Of a stretch of DNA of 64,000 bases, positions 1-10,326 are shown one piece after another. Origin of the DNA: Terriglobia bacterium. Lineage in GTDB: Bacteria; Acidobacteriota; Terriglobia; Versatilivoradales; Versatilivoraceae. The notes under the pieces are model-generated. The model saw only the letters and a list, made by a program, of their open reading frames with translations, had not been told where the DNA came from and did no database searches. The stretch spans positions 6,280 to 70,279 of the forward strand of contig JBGOTQ010000001.1 of the NCBI GenBank assembly GCA_041476565.1. The letters are read 5' to 3'. Numbering within the stretch: the stretch's first letter is position 1; each line of letters begins with the position of its first letter. Made by a program: the position numbers and the translations under genes.

Positions 1-249
1 TCAGCCCATGTAGTAGATGAAGGCTTGGGAACTTAGCCCGAACTTCTCACCACCAAGTCACTTAGACACAAAGAAGTTAGCGCAGAAATCCTACCTGTAG
101 AGACTTGCCGGTGATATTAGCATGAGCCATTCAATTCGGGCTGAAAATTACCGACAAGATCGGGGATTCAGATGGCCTTGATTAATCTGAACCTTCGGGC
201 ATGTCTTGCTGTCTTGGTGTCTTGGCGCCTCGGTGACGAGATATGCAAG

Positions 250-1899
250 CTAAGGGTACCGTCTGCCCAGAATCAGATTGGGCAGTCCCATTTGGAATCG
301 AATCTTGTCCAGGGTCCGTGCTGCTTTCATGGGCTCAGGAATGTCAAACTCCCAAAGATTGCAGGGTGAGGCGTTGACACCCGATACGGCGAGAATCGCG
401 TTCGTGGCCCGCCGGGCGGCTTCGTTGGCTCCTTCCATCGTAGCGAGGTCCGTGTAGGTTCGAACATAATCAGAAGCAAGAAAGAGATTCTGGATTTCGG
501 TGTGTGCCTCGGGGCGGAAGGCGAGCGAGCCCGCATGGTTAATGAGCAGCGGTTCGAGGTTCGTGATACCTGTCGGGTTCGGCAGCAGGATATCCGGATC
601 AAGGAACCAATCGACCAGATTGTCGTCCTTGATCTGTTCGAGGCCTCCGACGTTCAGTGCCGCTTTCAACTGCGCCCACACTTCGTTCTTGACCTCTTCG
701 CGAGAAGCACACTGAATGGCCGGTTTGCCGTTGAAATTGCCTGCTGCGGTCCAGTTGGAAACGTCCACTGAAAGGATGCCGCCTATCTGGCCGTTGCCGT
801 AGTTCGAGAGGTCATAGGAATTCCAAAACTGCCGCTGCGAAATGGACGTCAGTGCCCAGTTAGAGTCCAAATAGATGGCGTGGCCGTCCGTCAAGGGTTC
901 GTCTGTCTTCAAGTAAAACTGTATACCGTTCATCCATTCTGTTCTTAACTTCTTCAGCATCGAAAGGGAGGGAGCCTCTCTGCTTAGATCGTCTGTAACC
1001 AGTTCCTGCATGATTTCCACGGGCATCGCGGCTACATAAAAGTCAGCAGAGATCTCGGACGGTTGCCCCGCCCGATCAATTGTGACGCTGCGCAGCCTGT
1101 TGCCGTCAAGGTTCAATGAACGGATCGCTGTGTTCGCTTCCATCCGGGCACCAAGACGCGAGGTGAGATGAGTGCGCCATGGATCGATCCAGACATCGTT
1201 GGTGGGTCCCTTTAGGAGACGATCGAATGCCCGCCCCGGGACAAGAATGCCATAGAAAAGTTGGAGCAGAATGCGCCCTATGGTACGCGTGCTCCCCTCT
1301 TCGGCACGCATCGCAACGAGCGATCTTGTTTGGCCTTGTCCCAAGTATTTCTGGTAGTTCTCGGATTTTGTCTTGGCTTCGATGAAGTCCCAGAACGGTG
1401 TCGGCTCGAACTCCTGGAGGTAACGTTCTTCGCAACTGGTTGCCAGCCCCATCATCTTCTTGACAAAAAATATGACTTCCTCGGAAGGAATATCCAGGTG
1501 GCTGAAAAGCAAAAGAAGAGCGGTTTCCAGATCATCGGGTGTCTCGGGGAAACGGCCCGCTAAAACAACTTCGGGCTTGCCGGCGCGAGCCAGCAGAATA
1601 CGCGTTGCAGTGGTGAGGTTGTCGTAGCAAGTGCCGCCGTGAGGACCGAACGGAATCCGTTTCATCGTGTCGGTGACATGCTTGTAGAAGCCGGGGAAAA
1701 ACCGGAAGCCATGTTCGCCGGGCAAGTCAATCCGCCCGTCGGTACCGGTGCCTGGAATCGGGATACTCCGGGCTTTCCCGCCGAAGGTGCCGCGTCGCTC
1801 GTAGACCGTAACATGAAACTCTCGTTCCGCCAGTTCATGTGCGGCACTTAGGCCTGCTACACCACCCCCTAACACAGCAACAGTGGGCATTGTCGGCAT
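250..1899 (-). CDS. FAD-dependent oxidoreductase (amine oxidase / phytoene desaturase-like Rossmann flavoprotein)
   Basis: The N-terminus VAVLGGGVAGLSAAHEL...VTVYERRGTFGGKARS is a classic GxGxxG FAD-binding betaalphabeta fold plus the GG(K/R) motif of amine-oxidase/CrtI-like enzymes. The 549-aa ORF is uninterrupted. It is transcribed divergently from the GMC oxidase gene. Confidence 0.7.
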   Translation of the reverse strand: MPTMPTVAVLGGGVAGLSAAHELAEREFHVTVYERRGTFGGKARSIPIPGTGTDGRIDLPGEHGFRFFPGFYKHVTDTMKRIPFGPHGGTCYDNLTTATRILLARAGKPEVVLAGRFPETPDDLETALLLLFSHLDIPSEEVIFFVKKMMGLATSCEERYLQEFEPTPFWDFIEAKTKSENYQKYLGQGQTRSLVAMRAEEGSTRTIGRILLQLFYGILVPGRAFDRLLKGPTNDVWIDPWRTHLTSRLGARMEANTAIRSLNLDGNRLRSVTIDRAGQPSEISADFYVAAMPVEIMQELVTDDLSREAPSLSMLKKLRTEWMNGIQFYLKTDEPLTDGHAIYLDSNWALTSISQRQFWNSYDLSNYGNGQIGGILSVDVSNWTAAGNFNGKPAIQCASREEVKNEVWAQLKAALNVGGLEQIKDDNLVDWFLDPDILLPNPTGITNLEPLLINHAGSLAFRPEAHTEIQNLFLASDYVRTYTDLATMEGANEAARRATNAILAVSGVNASPCNLWEFDIPEPMKAARTLDKIRFQMGLPNLILGRRYP

Positions 1900-2235
1900 A
1901 GATTCTTTTCCCTTCCGCTATCTGCTCAGGCTTACATTCCCGGCCTCGCGACGAACCTCCTGATTCCCTGCATTTCTAACCAGGGGAGCACGGTGAAAGC
2001 CGAAACAGCTTTCCCAGGACAGAGTGGCAGGTTTCGTTCGTTCGGAAATTGGATGAAGTGTAACACGTTTCCCCACTACCACATTTCCTTTTTTGAAAGG
2101 CGTTAGGCCCATTTGTGATCCGGTCTCCCCTGAGTCGAGGGGAGTTCATGCTTGACAAGCGGACATACATAGTGGGACTGTTAAGCCAAATTCTCTGGTT
2201 AAAACTGAGTTGTATCCGGGATCGGCCAAAGCAGA

Positions 2236-5200
2236 GTGTCGAAGGAGCGGGGTTCATTTAATGGCATGCTCGCTCTGGATGCTCCTATTCTCTTTGGCTC
2301 TGGTCTCGTGGTTACAACTGCAGTTGTGTTGCAGGCTTGCACTCTGGCACTGATTGGAGTCAATTTATTCGGCGGAGGAACTGGAATGCTTTCAAAACCC
2401 TGGGAGGAAAGAAAGACAGACTATGATTTCATCGTTGTGGGTTCCGGTTATGGCGGAGCCATTACAGCGGCTCGGATTGCCACAGCTGCCCTGATTCCTA
2501 AACCGACTCTGTGCATTCTCGAACGTGGAAATGAATGGCCTATCGGGACTTTCCCGGATTCGCTGGAGGAAGTGTTGCCTGCCACGCGGAATGACCTGAA
2601 CCCTCTGGGACTATACGAATTATTGAACTTTAGAGATATCTCCGTGATCAAGGGGTCGGGGCTGGGTGGAACCTCGCTAATCAATGCCAACGTCGCCATC
2701 GTCCCAGACCGCGATATCTTTCAGCGGGCTGGATGGCCGAGGACCCTCAGCTACGAGGCAATGCAAGCCTATTACGACAGGGCCCGGGCAACTTTAGCCG
2801 CAACCCCGCATCCACGCGCACTGGCCTTGGCCAAGGTGCAGGCTCTGGACAAGCGCGCCCAGCAGTTGGGCAGTCGAGCAGAGCCATTGACCCTGGCTGT
2901 GAACTTCTCCATTGATGGGCCCAACCCGTATGGAGTCGGCCAAAAGCCTTGCACCGACTGCGGGGATTGCGTGACCGGCTGTAATGTTGGGGCCAAGAAT
3001 ACCCTTTACATGAATTATTTGCCAATGGCCAGAAATGCCGGTGCTGAGATCTTCATCCAAACCAGAGTGGAATGGATTGAAAAGCTGGCTGGTGGAGGTT
3101 GGAGAGTCCACGGCCAGCACCAGCAGGGCCTCGGGAGTGAACCCTTCACGATCGATGCGCGACATGTGATCCTTGCGGCCGGTTCACTCAACTCCACAGA
3201 GATCCTTCTCCGCTCCGAAATGCATGGCTTGCGCGTCTCGCCGGAGCTGGGCAGAGGTTTTGGGGGTAATGGGGACTTCTTCGGACTCGCTTACAACGGA
3301 AACTATCAAACCGATGTTCTGGGTTACGGAACCAAACATTCCGTTCAGCCTGGCGACTCGCACCCCCCAGGGCCCTCGATTGTCGGCTTGATCCGATACA
3401 ACTCAAACCTTCCATTAGAGCAGAGGATTTCCGTTGAAGATTTTTCCTTTCCTAGTGCCTACGTGCTAGGCGCCAAGATGGCATTTGCTGCCCTGCACGG
3501 GGAGGACACTGACGTTGGCGATGAAGCCGCGAAGCGGCAACGCATTTTTGCTGACTTCAACCCCTTGCGGACATATTTCCCCGATGGGGCCTTGAATCAC
3601 ACCATGCTGTACCTGGTCATGGGGCAAGACGACGCTCGAGGAACCATGGTGCTTGAGACTCCCTGGAACGACCCGGAAGGGCAGCTGAGGATTGACTGGG
3701 ACGAAGCCGGGCAGCAGGTCGTATTTACGCGAATGAATGAGGAATTGCGCCGGCATGCTTGTGCGCTGGGAGCTAGCTTCATATCTAATCCAACCTGGAA
3801 TATATTTCGCACCCGTCACCTGATTACCGCCCATCCGCTGGGCGGGTGCCCGATAGGGGAAGATTATCTCCATGGGGCGGTCGATGAATTTGGCCGCGTT
3901 TTTTCCGGGGATGGCAGTGTTCATGAAGGGTTGTTTGTCTCTGACGGGGCGCTGATTCGCTCGGCCCTGGGCGTCAATCCTTTCCTCACGATCTCTGCTC
4001 TGGCCGAATGGATCGCCGAACGGAAAGTCCGTCAACTCCAAGGAGACCCCTATCCTGAACCAAATGCGGCAGTCAGTTTTTCAGTCATCGATCCCATGGA
4101 GGTTATCAACCTGCACGATGCGGAGTTGGACCTGTTATTCCAGCGTTGTCCCTCGATGGGAATCGATGAGCTCATCAATACCGGTCAGCGCCGGATCGAT
4201 ATTGCCAATCGACGCATTTTCAACGACAGCTATTGGAAAGGCTTTCTCCCCAAAGGCCTCATCCTGGGCGAACTGGCGGATGGCTTGTTCACGGGCTACA
4301 ACAAAAAGTTCTGGCGGGAAAGAGATAAAGTCTCAGGTGCCACGCTCTACGTCGACAACCGCATCCCGCTAAACCATGCGCTTGAGGAGGTAGTCCTCGA
4401 AGAAAGGACGAACGATCTGGATCCTGGGCGCTACATTCTGGTCAGGTACACTGACCCGCCCTTCGACATCTTCTACGACATGCTGAAGATCGTAAACGAG
4501 GGGATGATCATTTTCCGTGGATATACCGGCGAATATCCGAACGGTCATCGAAGCTTCGACGGGGTTGGGGTCCGAAGTTACGGGTTCGACCAGATGACGG
4601 TGGAAGACCACCGTGACTTGTTTCAGAACGGAACAATGCCTCAGAAACAAGATCTGCAGGGCATCTGGCAGTTGGACATCATTGCCAACGTCCGTCACAC
4701 ACGCCGCATTGGATGGATTCAGTTTGATCTCAAACCGGATGGCCGACTGGAGAGCCGATATCAGTTGCTGGGACTTTTGGAGGGGCTCTTCATCCCACAG
4801 CCTATCCAGGAGCATTTTCAAATGCCGGACTTCACGACCTTCGGTGACGAAATCCGCAAAGTCGATGAGAAATTGCTGGTTGGCAGGTTCATGACGCACT
4901 TGCCATCGGAAGTCCTGGCTATATTGGGGGGCCAGTCCCTCGGTATCTTCCAACCTGAACCCAATTCTGATCAGTTTGGTTTCTATTACATCCTCTCTCC
5001 CGTTGATCAGAGCGTTCTGCCGACAAATGCGCTACTGCAGCCTTTCTTAGATGTGCAACTGCCCGACGGGCTTGGGATGACTTTCGACGAGCAGATGGTG
5101 GGTTGGTTCTTCGAAGGACTTTCCACTTCTGCTGAAGGACGGGCAGGAGATATCGGCATGGCTCATCTCATCCCGGCCTCGGGTGATCCGCAAGGTGGAG

Positions 5201-5763
5201 TGGCCTGCAGTTTCCAGGTGCGGATGACGATCCGCGATTTAAACGAATTCATTGACGGTGTAGAGCACGAAGCAGGAATGCAGGGAACGATTGCGTTTGG
5301 CCGGTTCCTGGGAGAGGAATCGGTTACCTACACCCTCGACTCCCAGAAGAGTCTGTTTAACTATCTGCGAGTCAACGCGGCGACCGGTGAGGCCGAAATG
5401 CGTTACCACCTTGTGTTCCAGACCAAGAGTAACCGGAGTTTTGTATTTGAAGGCCGCAAGTACATGCAGAAAGACGAGAGCAGCGGCATTCGGGCCATGC
5501 AAGAGGTCCTTGAGGACTACACCACGCTGTTCTGCCATGTTTACGAATGCAGCGTCGACAATTCTCTAAAAGAAGTCGGCATCGCCTACCTGAAATTCCG
5601 GACCTTTGAAGACCTGGCAGCCTTAGGCAGTTTGACGGACTTCCTCCGTTCTTTCAAAGTGACAGGCTCGAGCGATCCGTTACTTCAGCTATCAGGACAA
5701 ATGCGCTTTTTGGCCTTTACCGGCCAATTTGTCCAGAGGGAGTACGATCCTCTTGGCTGGTGA
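2236..5763 (+). CDS. GMC-family flavoprotein, cholesterol oxidase (class I)-like N-terminal ~610 aa fused to a ~565-aa C-terminal region of unknown function
   Basis: DYDFIVVGSGYGGAITAARIA (FAD-binding), GSGLGGTSLINANVA, AAGSLNSTEILLRS and the C-terminal HPLGGCPIG...GLFVSDGALIRSALGVNPFLTISALAEW are the hallmark motifs of Streptomyces-type GMC cholesterol oxidases. There is an N-terminal hydrophobic segment (signal or anchor). The ORF then continues in frame for ~565 more residues with no recognisable motif. The start could instead be an internal Met. Confidence 0.75.
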   Translation: MSKERGSFNGMLALDAPILFGSGLVVTTAVVLQACTLALIGVNLFGGGTGMLSKPWEERKTDYDFIVVGSGYGGAITAARIATAALIPKPTLCILERGNEWPIGTFPDSLEEVLPATRNDLNPLGLYELLNFRDISVIKGSGLGGTSLINANVAIVPDRDIFQRAGWPRTLSYEAMQAYYDRARATLAATPHPRALALAKVQALDKRAQQLGSRAEPLTLAVNFSIDGPNPYGVGQKPCTDCGDCVTGCNVGAKNTLYMNYLPMARNAGAEIFIQTRVEWIEKLAGGGWRVHGQHQQGLGSEPFTIDARHVILAAGSLNSTEILLRSEMHGLRVSPELGRGFGGNGDFFGLAYNGNYQTDVLGYGTKHSVQPGDSHPPGPSIVGLIRYNSNLPLEQRISVEDFSFPSAYVLGAKMAFAALHGEDTDVGDEAAKRQRIFADFNPLRTYFPDGALNHTMLYLVMGQDDARGTMVLETPWNDPEGQLRIDWDEAGQQVVFTRMNEELRRHACALGASFISNPTWNIFRTRHLITAHPLGGCPIGEDYLHGAVDEFGRVFSGDGSVHEGLFVSDGALIRSALGVNPFLTISALAEWIAERKVRQLQGDPYPEPNAAVSFSVIDPMEVINLHDAELDLLFQRCPSMGIDELINTGQRRIDIANRRIFNDSYWKGFLPKGLILGELADGLFTGYNKKFWRERDKVSGATLYVDNRIPLNHALEEVVLEERTNDLDPGRYILVRYTDPPFDIFYDMLKIVNEGMIIFRGYTGEYPNGHRSFDGVGVRSYGFDQMTVEDHRDLFQNGTMPQKQDLQGIWQLDIIANVRHTRRIGWIQFDLKPDGRLESRYQLLGLLEGLFIPQPIQEHFQMPDFTTFGDEIRKVDEKLLVGRFMTHLPSEVLAILGGQSLGIFQPEPNSDQFGFYYILSPVDQSVLPTNALLQPFLDVQLPDGLGMTFDEQMVGWFFEGLSTSAEGRAGDIGMAHLIPASGDPQGGVACSFQVRMTIRDLNEFIDGVEHEAGMQGTIAFGRFLGEESVTYTLDSQKSLFNYLRVNAATGEAEMRYHLVFQTKSNRSFVFEGRKYMQKDESSGIRAMQEVLEDYTTLFCHVYECSVDNSLKEVGIAYLKFRTFEDLAALGSLTDFLRSFKVTGSSDPLLQLSGQMRFLAFTGQFVQREYDPLGW

Positions 5764-5872
5764 GTCGCTAGACTAGTGTAAGTTGGGTTGTCGTTGAGGG
5801 CTGGTTTGCTTCGGCAGTTGGGAGACCCTGCCTTGGCTTCAGGTTATCACGCTGGCTGTTGCCTGCTTAGCC

Positions 5873-6229
5873 TTAGGTGTTAGACCCAACCCCTTTGCCG
5901 GGACTAGGACTAAGAGTTTGCCTCGCCTTGTGACCTCCCTTCACATATTCTCGAAAGGTCCTGCCGGTCTTCTGCTGAAACATGGCTGCCAGCGAAGGGA
6001 CTTCACCCACGGGTTCGTCGAGTTCCACTTTCTCGATCCGGTAAAGAGGGAAGAAGATTGTTGCGAGCCCTATGGGACATTGCCCGCTGAGTTGATTGAG
6101 CCACTCATCAAAGGTACTGAGATCAACACCGCGGATTGTGACACCGGCTGAATTCAGCTCTACCATCTGCCCCCAGAACTTCTCTCGAGGTGTGTGTAGG
6201 CTGACGACGACTGTCGCGTCGCGTTTCAT
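5873..6229 (-). CDS. hypothetical protein (118 aa), probably co-transcribed with the downstream symporter
   Basis: This intact ORF lies 12 nt after the stop of the co-oriented symporter gene. It has no recognisable motifs and does not look like a membrane protein. Confidence 0.35.
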   Translation of the reverse strand: MKRDATVVVSLHTPREKFWGQMVELNSAGVTIRGVDLSTFDEWLNQLSGQCPIGLATIFFPLYRIEKVELDEPVGEVPSLAAMFQQKTGRTFREYVKGGHKARQTLSPSPGKGVGSNT

Positions 6230-6241
6230 GTGGGCCCCTTG

Positions 6242-7705
6242 TCAGGCTCTTGAAACAAGCGCACTGGTCCCCCCAGCCACCAAGGTCAGCAGGCAACCCA
6301 TCAGCGTATGCCAGGTGAAATCGATGGGAGTGAAGGCCATGACGATGATCATGCCCGCCAACCCAAAAGTCAAGCCGACATAGGCGTCTTTCTGATCGGC
6401 CCTTCTGAAAAAGAGCCCCAAGAAGAAAGTACCCAACATGCCACCATACGGGACGGCGGCAATCTTGAGCCCCAATTCAACAACGGGACTTCGGACACCC
6501 CGGAACAGCATGGCTGTGGCTATCAGGAGCACTCCCCAAAAAACTGTAAAGAGCCGGGAAATGGTCACCTCTCGTCGCGAGGACAGCGAAAGGCCAGGGA
6601 ACAGCGTTTTGAAGAGGTCCAGATAGGTTGAAGAAGCGAGTGCACTGATGGAAGAGGAGAGTGTTCCCATTGCAGATGCCAGGACTCCGGCGACCACCAG
6701 CCCGGAGACTCCGCTGGGCAGACTCTCTATGATGAACTTGGGGAAAATCTCGTCTGACGAATTCAGTCCAAGACGAGGGAAGGGGACTCCCCTGTAGAAT
6801 GCGAACAGACAAAGTCCCAGCAGGAGGAAGAAGGCAAATTGCACCACAATCAAAGCGGCATCCAACATGAGGGCGCGCTGGCTGTCCCATCGGCTCTTGC
6901 ACCCCAGCAGGCGTTGCACCAACAGCTGGTCTGTCCCATGAGACGCCATGGTGAGGAAAGTTCCACCCAGCAGCCCTCCCAGCAGCGTGTAGGGGCTCGA
7001 AAAGAAATCCAGCCAGCCCTCCCCCCAATAGAAATTGATCACCTCGGCTTTGTTCACCCCAAGCCCTGTGGCAAAGTGGATCACGTCGTGCCACCCCTGC
7101 GGTAGCTGCCACACAATAATCAGCACGGAGATCCCAGCTCCCCCCAGGTAGATGAAAAGTTGTACGACATCCATCGCAACCACGGCCTTCAGTCCGCCCA
7201 CGCAGGTATAAAGCAGTGTAAACCCACCCACCATGAGAATGCAGGCAGGGTAATCGAGGCCGGTAATCAGGTGGATTGGAATGGCGGTAGCGAACAATCG
7301 GACGCTGGAGGCCAGCAAACGCGTGGAGATGAAGACCGAGGAAGTAAACCTCCTCAGTGAAACACCGAATCGGCGGCCGAGAAAGTCGTAGGCCGTCAAG
7401 AGTTCTCCCCGGTAATAGGCGGGGATGAAGAGCACGCTGACCAGCAAGCGCCCGAAGAGGTATCCGAAGGCCAGCTGCAGGAAGTGCAGGTTGCCTCGAT
7501 ATGCGAGACCCGGGACGCTAATGAAGGTCAAGCTGCTGGTCTCACTGGCAACAATGGAGAAGCCGACCGCCCACCAGGAGAGCTGCTTACCACCCAGGAA
7601 AAAATCTTCCGGGGTCCGCTGCCGCCCGCCAACGAAGATCCCGGCCAGAGTGACCCCTGACAAGTAAGCCGCAACCACTGCATAATCCAGCCAGGTAAAG
7701 CCCAT
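6242..7705 (-). CDS. sodium:solute symporter family (SSF) transporter
   Basis: A polytopic membrane protein. Its N-terminus DYAVVAAYLSGVTLAGIFVGGRQRTPEDFFLGGKQLSWWAVGFSIVASETSSLTFISVPGLAY matches the conserved SSF (PutP/SglT-like) N-terminal region. Confidence 0.8.
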   Translation of the reverse strand: MGFTWLDYAVVAAYLSGVTLAGIFVGGRQRTPEDFFLGGKQLSWWAVGFSIVASETSSLTFISVPGLAYRGNLHFLQLAFGYLFGRLLVSVLFIPAYYRGELLTAYDFLGRRFGVSLRRFTSSVFISTRLLASSVRLFATAIPIHLITGLDYPACILMVGGFTLLYTCVGGLKAVVAMDVVQLFIYLGGAGISVLIIVWQLPQGWHDVIHFATGLGVNKAEVINFYWGEGWLDFFSSPYTLLGGLLGGTFLTMASHGTDQLLVQRLLGCKSRWDSQRALMLDAALIVVQFAFFLLLGLCLFAFYRGVPFPRLGLNSSDEIFPKFIIESLPSGVSGLVVAGVLASAMGTLSSSISALASSTYLDLFKTLFPGLSLSSRREVTISRLFTVFWGVLLIATAMLFRGVRSPVVELGLKIAAVPYGGMLGTFFLGLFFRRADQKDAYVGLTFGLAGMIIVMAFTPIDFTWHTLMGCLLTLVAGGTSALVSRA

Positions 7706-7795
7706 AGATTCAACCTTGCAAACGGTGAGTTACAAGTAGTGTTGGTCTATTTCGAAGAGGGATGCAGCCGGTAGATTCCGGGGGTACCAGATTAT

Positions 7796-9148
7796 TCAAG
7801 CATTTCTGGCCGCGACGGCAAACGCTTCCCTGGCTGCTTCAACGGTCTGTTGGAGGTCTCTCTCCGTATGGGCCGTGGAAAGAAAGCCTGCTTCAAATTG
7901 GCTCGGTGCCAGGTACACTCCGCGCTTTAACATTTCCTGGAAGAAGATAGCAAATCGTCCGGTGTTGGACTGCCGGGCTGATTGCCAATCTGTGACTGGT
8001 ACTCCTTTTCTGGAAGGGGATGAGGCCCCAGTAGGTTCGACCCATTCCGAGGAGAAAAACAGCGTGAACATGGAGCCTACCCGGTTGGCCCACACCGGAA
8101 TTCCCGCCTCTTTAGCTGCAGCTACCATGCCTTCGCTGAGCATGCGCGAAAGTCGCTCGAGCGATTCATAGGTGCCGGGACGCTTTAGGATTTTCAGAGT
8201 GGTGATACCCGCAGTCACGGCCAGTGGGTTGCCGGACAGGGTCCCCGCCTGATAGATCGGGCCAACCGGGGCGACACAATCCATGACATCGTGACGACCT
8301 CCATATGCGCCGACCGGCAATCCACCTCCAATGATCTTGCCAAGCGTGGTCAGGTCAGGAGCTATGCCGTGGAGTTGTTGAGCTCCTCCATAAGCTACGC
8401 GAAAGCCTGTCATAACCTCGTCAAAGATCAGCAGGCTGCCACTGTCCGTTGTGACTTGGCGTAATCCCTCCAAAAACCCGGGCACGGGAGGAACACAGCC
8501 CATATTGCCCGCCACCGGTTCAACAATGACGGCGGCAATCTGCTGGGCGTGCCGGGCAAAGATGTCCTTCACAGCGGAAAGGTCGTTGAATGAGCATGTC
8601 AGCGTGAGTTCAGCCAGTTCTGTAGGGACTCCCGGGCTGTCAGGCAAGCCTAACGTGGCGACTCCTGATCCCGCTTTGACGAGAAAACTGTCCGCATGGC
8701 CATGATAGCACCCTTCAAACTTGATGATCAGTGGCCGGCGTGTAAAGCCTCGAGCCATACGAATCGCGGCCATGGTGCTTTCGGTTCCGGAATTGGTGAG
8801 CCGGACTTTCTCAATGGAAGGATAGGCCGCGCAGATTAGTTGCGCCAGCTCGATCTCCCCTTCAGTGGGCGCTCCAAAGCTGATCCCCGTTTCCAAAACC
8901 TGGGAGAGGGCTTCCATGACTTCGGGGTGACAGTGTCCCAGGATTAGGGGGCCCCAGGAACAGACGTAATCGATGTATTCATTCCCGTCCACATCAAAGA
9001 GGCGCGAACCAGCCCCCCTGGAAATGAATAAAGGATTTCCGCCGACTGCCTTGAAGGCGCGAACGGGAGAATTGACGCCCCCTGGAATGGTCATCTTGGC
9101 CACTTCAAACAGTTGCTTCGACTTTTCGTTCAAGAGTCCTCCTGGCAC
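7796..9148 (-). CDS. hemL: glutamate-1-semialdehyde 2,1-aminomutase
   Basis: [31 protein letters not shown] and the aminotransferase class-III PLP region are present. The 450-aa length is typical. Confidence 0.9.
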   Translation of the reverse strand: MPGGLLNEKSKQLFEVAKMTIPGGVNSPVRAFKAVGGNPLFISRGAGSRLFDVDGNEYIDYVCSWGPLILGHCHPEVMEALSQVLETGISFGAPTEGEIELAQLICAAYPSIEKVRLTNSGTESTMAAIRMARGFTRRPLIIKFEGCYHGHADSFLVKAGSGVATLGLPDSPGVPTELAELTLTCSFNDLSAVKDIFARHAQQIAAVIVEPVAGNMGCVPPVPGFLEGLRQVTTDSGSLLIFDEVMTGFRVAYGGAQQLHGIAPDLTTLGKIIGGGLPVGAYGGRHDVMDCVAPVGPIYQAGTLSGNPLAVTAGITTLKILKRPGTYESLERLSRMLSEGMVAAAKEAGIPVWANRVGSMFTLFFSSEWVEPTGASSPSRKGVPVTDWQSARQSNTGRFAIFFQEMLKRGVYLAPSQFEAGFLSTAHTERDLQQTVEAAREAFAVAARNA

Positions 9149-9194
9149 GACCTGTCCGTCAGGGAAGGAACCTCTTCGGTTGAGGGCGCACGCT

Positions 9195-10193
9195 TTAACT
9201 CAATAGCCGAACCGCTTCTTTGGCAAAATAGCTAATAATCATGTCGGCACCGGCTCGTTTGATGCAGGTTAGCGATTCCAGGATAGTGCGATCTTTGTCT
9301 AACCATCCCATCTGATACGCCGCCATCAGGGAAGCATACTCCCCGCTAACCTGATAAGCAGCCACCGGAAGGTCAAATTCCGTCTTTACGCGGTAAATCA
9401 CATCCAGGTAGGGCATGGCCGGTTTGACCATCACAATATCGGCTCCCTCCTCAATGTCCAGCGCCACCTCGCGCATGGCTTCCCGCTGATTGGCCGGATC
9501 CATCTGGTAGGATCGGCGGTCTCCGAATTTGGGGGCAGAATCGGCGGCTTCCCTGAAGGGTCCATAAAACCCTGAGGCATATTTAGCTGCATAGGAAAGT
9601 ATCGGGACACTTTCAAAGTGGTTCTCATCCAGCACTTCTCGTATGGCGCGCACCCGGCCGTCCATCATGTCGGACGGAGCAATGATGTCCGCACCGGCCT
9701 GAGCATAGGCGAGTGCGGCTTTGGCTAGCAATGCCAGGGTCGCGTCATTGTCGACATCCCCTTCTCGGATTTGGCCGCAATGCCCATGTGAAGTGTATTC
9801 ACAGAGGCAAACGTCTGTGATCACGAGCAATCCCTGAGCTGCTGATTTGATGGCCCGAACAGCCTGCGGGACGATACCGTCGTCAGCGTAAGCTTCGCTC
9901 CCGGATTCATCTTTGCTCGAGGGCAAGCCGAACAGCATGATCGCTGGGATTCCCAGTCGCTCGAGCTGGGTGCACTCCTCAACGAGCCAATCTATTGAAA
10001 GATTGTAGTTCCCAGGCATTGAGCTGATTTCCTTCTTGACCCCTCGGCCCGGACACACGAACAGTGGGTAAATGAAATTCGACGGGGAAAGCCGGGTCTC
10101 CCGGACCATGGACCGTAGTGTTTCGTTAATGCGAAGCCGCCTGGGGCGGTAATAAGGGATTTCCATTTGATCACCTGTCCAGCTGATCTCCAT
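9195..10193 (-). CDS. hemB: porphobilinogen synthase (delta-aminolevulinate dehydratase)
   Basis: YRPRRLR...[12 protein letters not shown] and the active-site region match HemB. The true start is possibly the internal ATG at 10166 ([12 protein letters not shown]). Confidence 0.9.
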   Translation of the reverse strand: MEISWTGDQMEIPYYRPRRLRINETLRSMVRETRLSPSNFIYPLFVCPGRGVKKEISSMPGNYNLSIDWLVEECTQLERLGIPAIMLFGLPSSKDESGSEAYADDGIVPQAVRAIKSAAQGLLVITDVCLCEYTSHGHCGQIREGDVDNDATLALLAKAALAYAQAGADIIAPSDMMDGRVRAIREVLDENHFESVPILSYAAKYASGFYGPFREAADSAPKFGDRRSYQMDPANQREAMREVALDIEEGADIVMVKPAMPYLDVIYRVKTEFDLPVAAYQVSGEYASLMAAYQMGWLDKDRTILESLTCIKRAGADMIISYFAKEAVRLLS

Positions 10194-10326
10194 CCTCAGC
10201 CGTTATGAGAGACTCGAACCTCTTTCCGAGAGTTAACCTTGATTCCTCCTCTATCCTGAGACTGTACCCAATCTGCGCTTGCATGGCAATGCCGTTTTCT
10301 TCTTGAGGGGTTTCAGCGGCTTCCTG

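Noticed and set aside
6477-7112. 211-aa minus-strand ORF and other overlapping frames (6308-6631, 6839-7105)
   Set aside because: They are alternative frames inside the sodium:solute symporter gene. They are Arg/Pro/Gly-rich and low-complexity, with no independent support.
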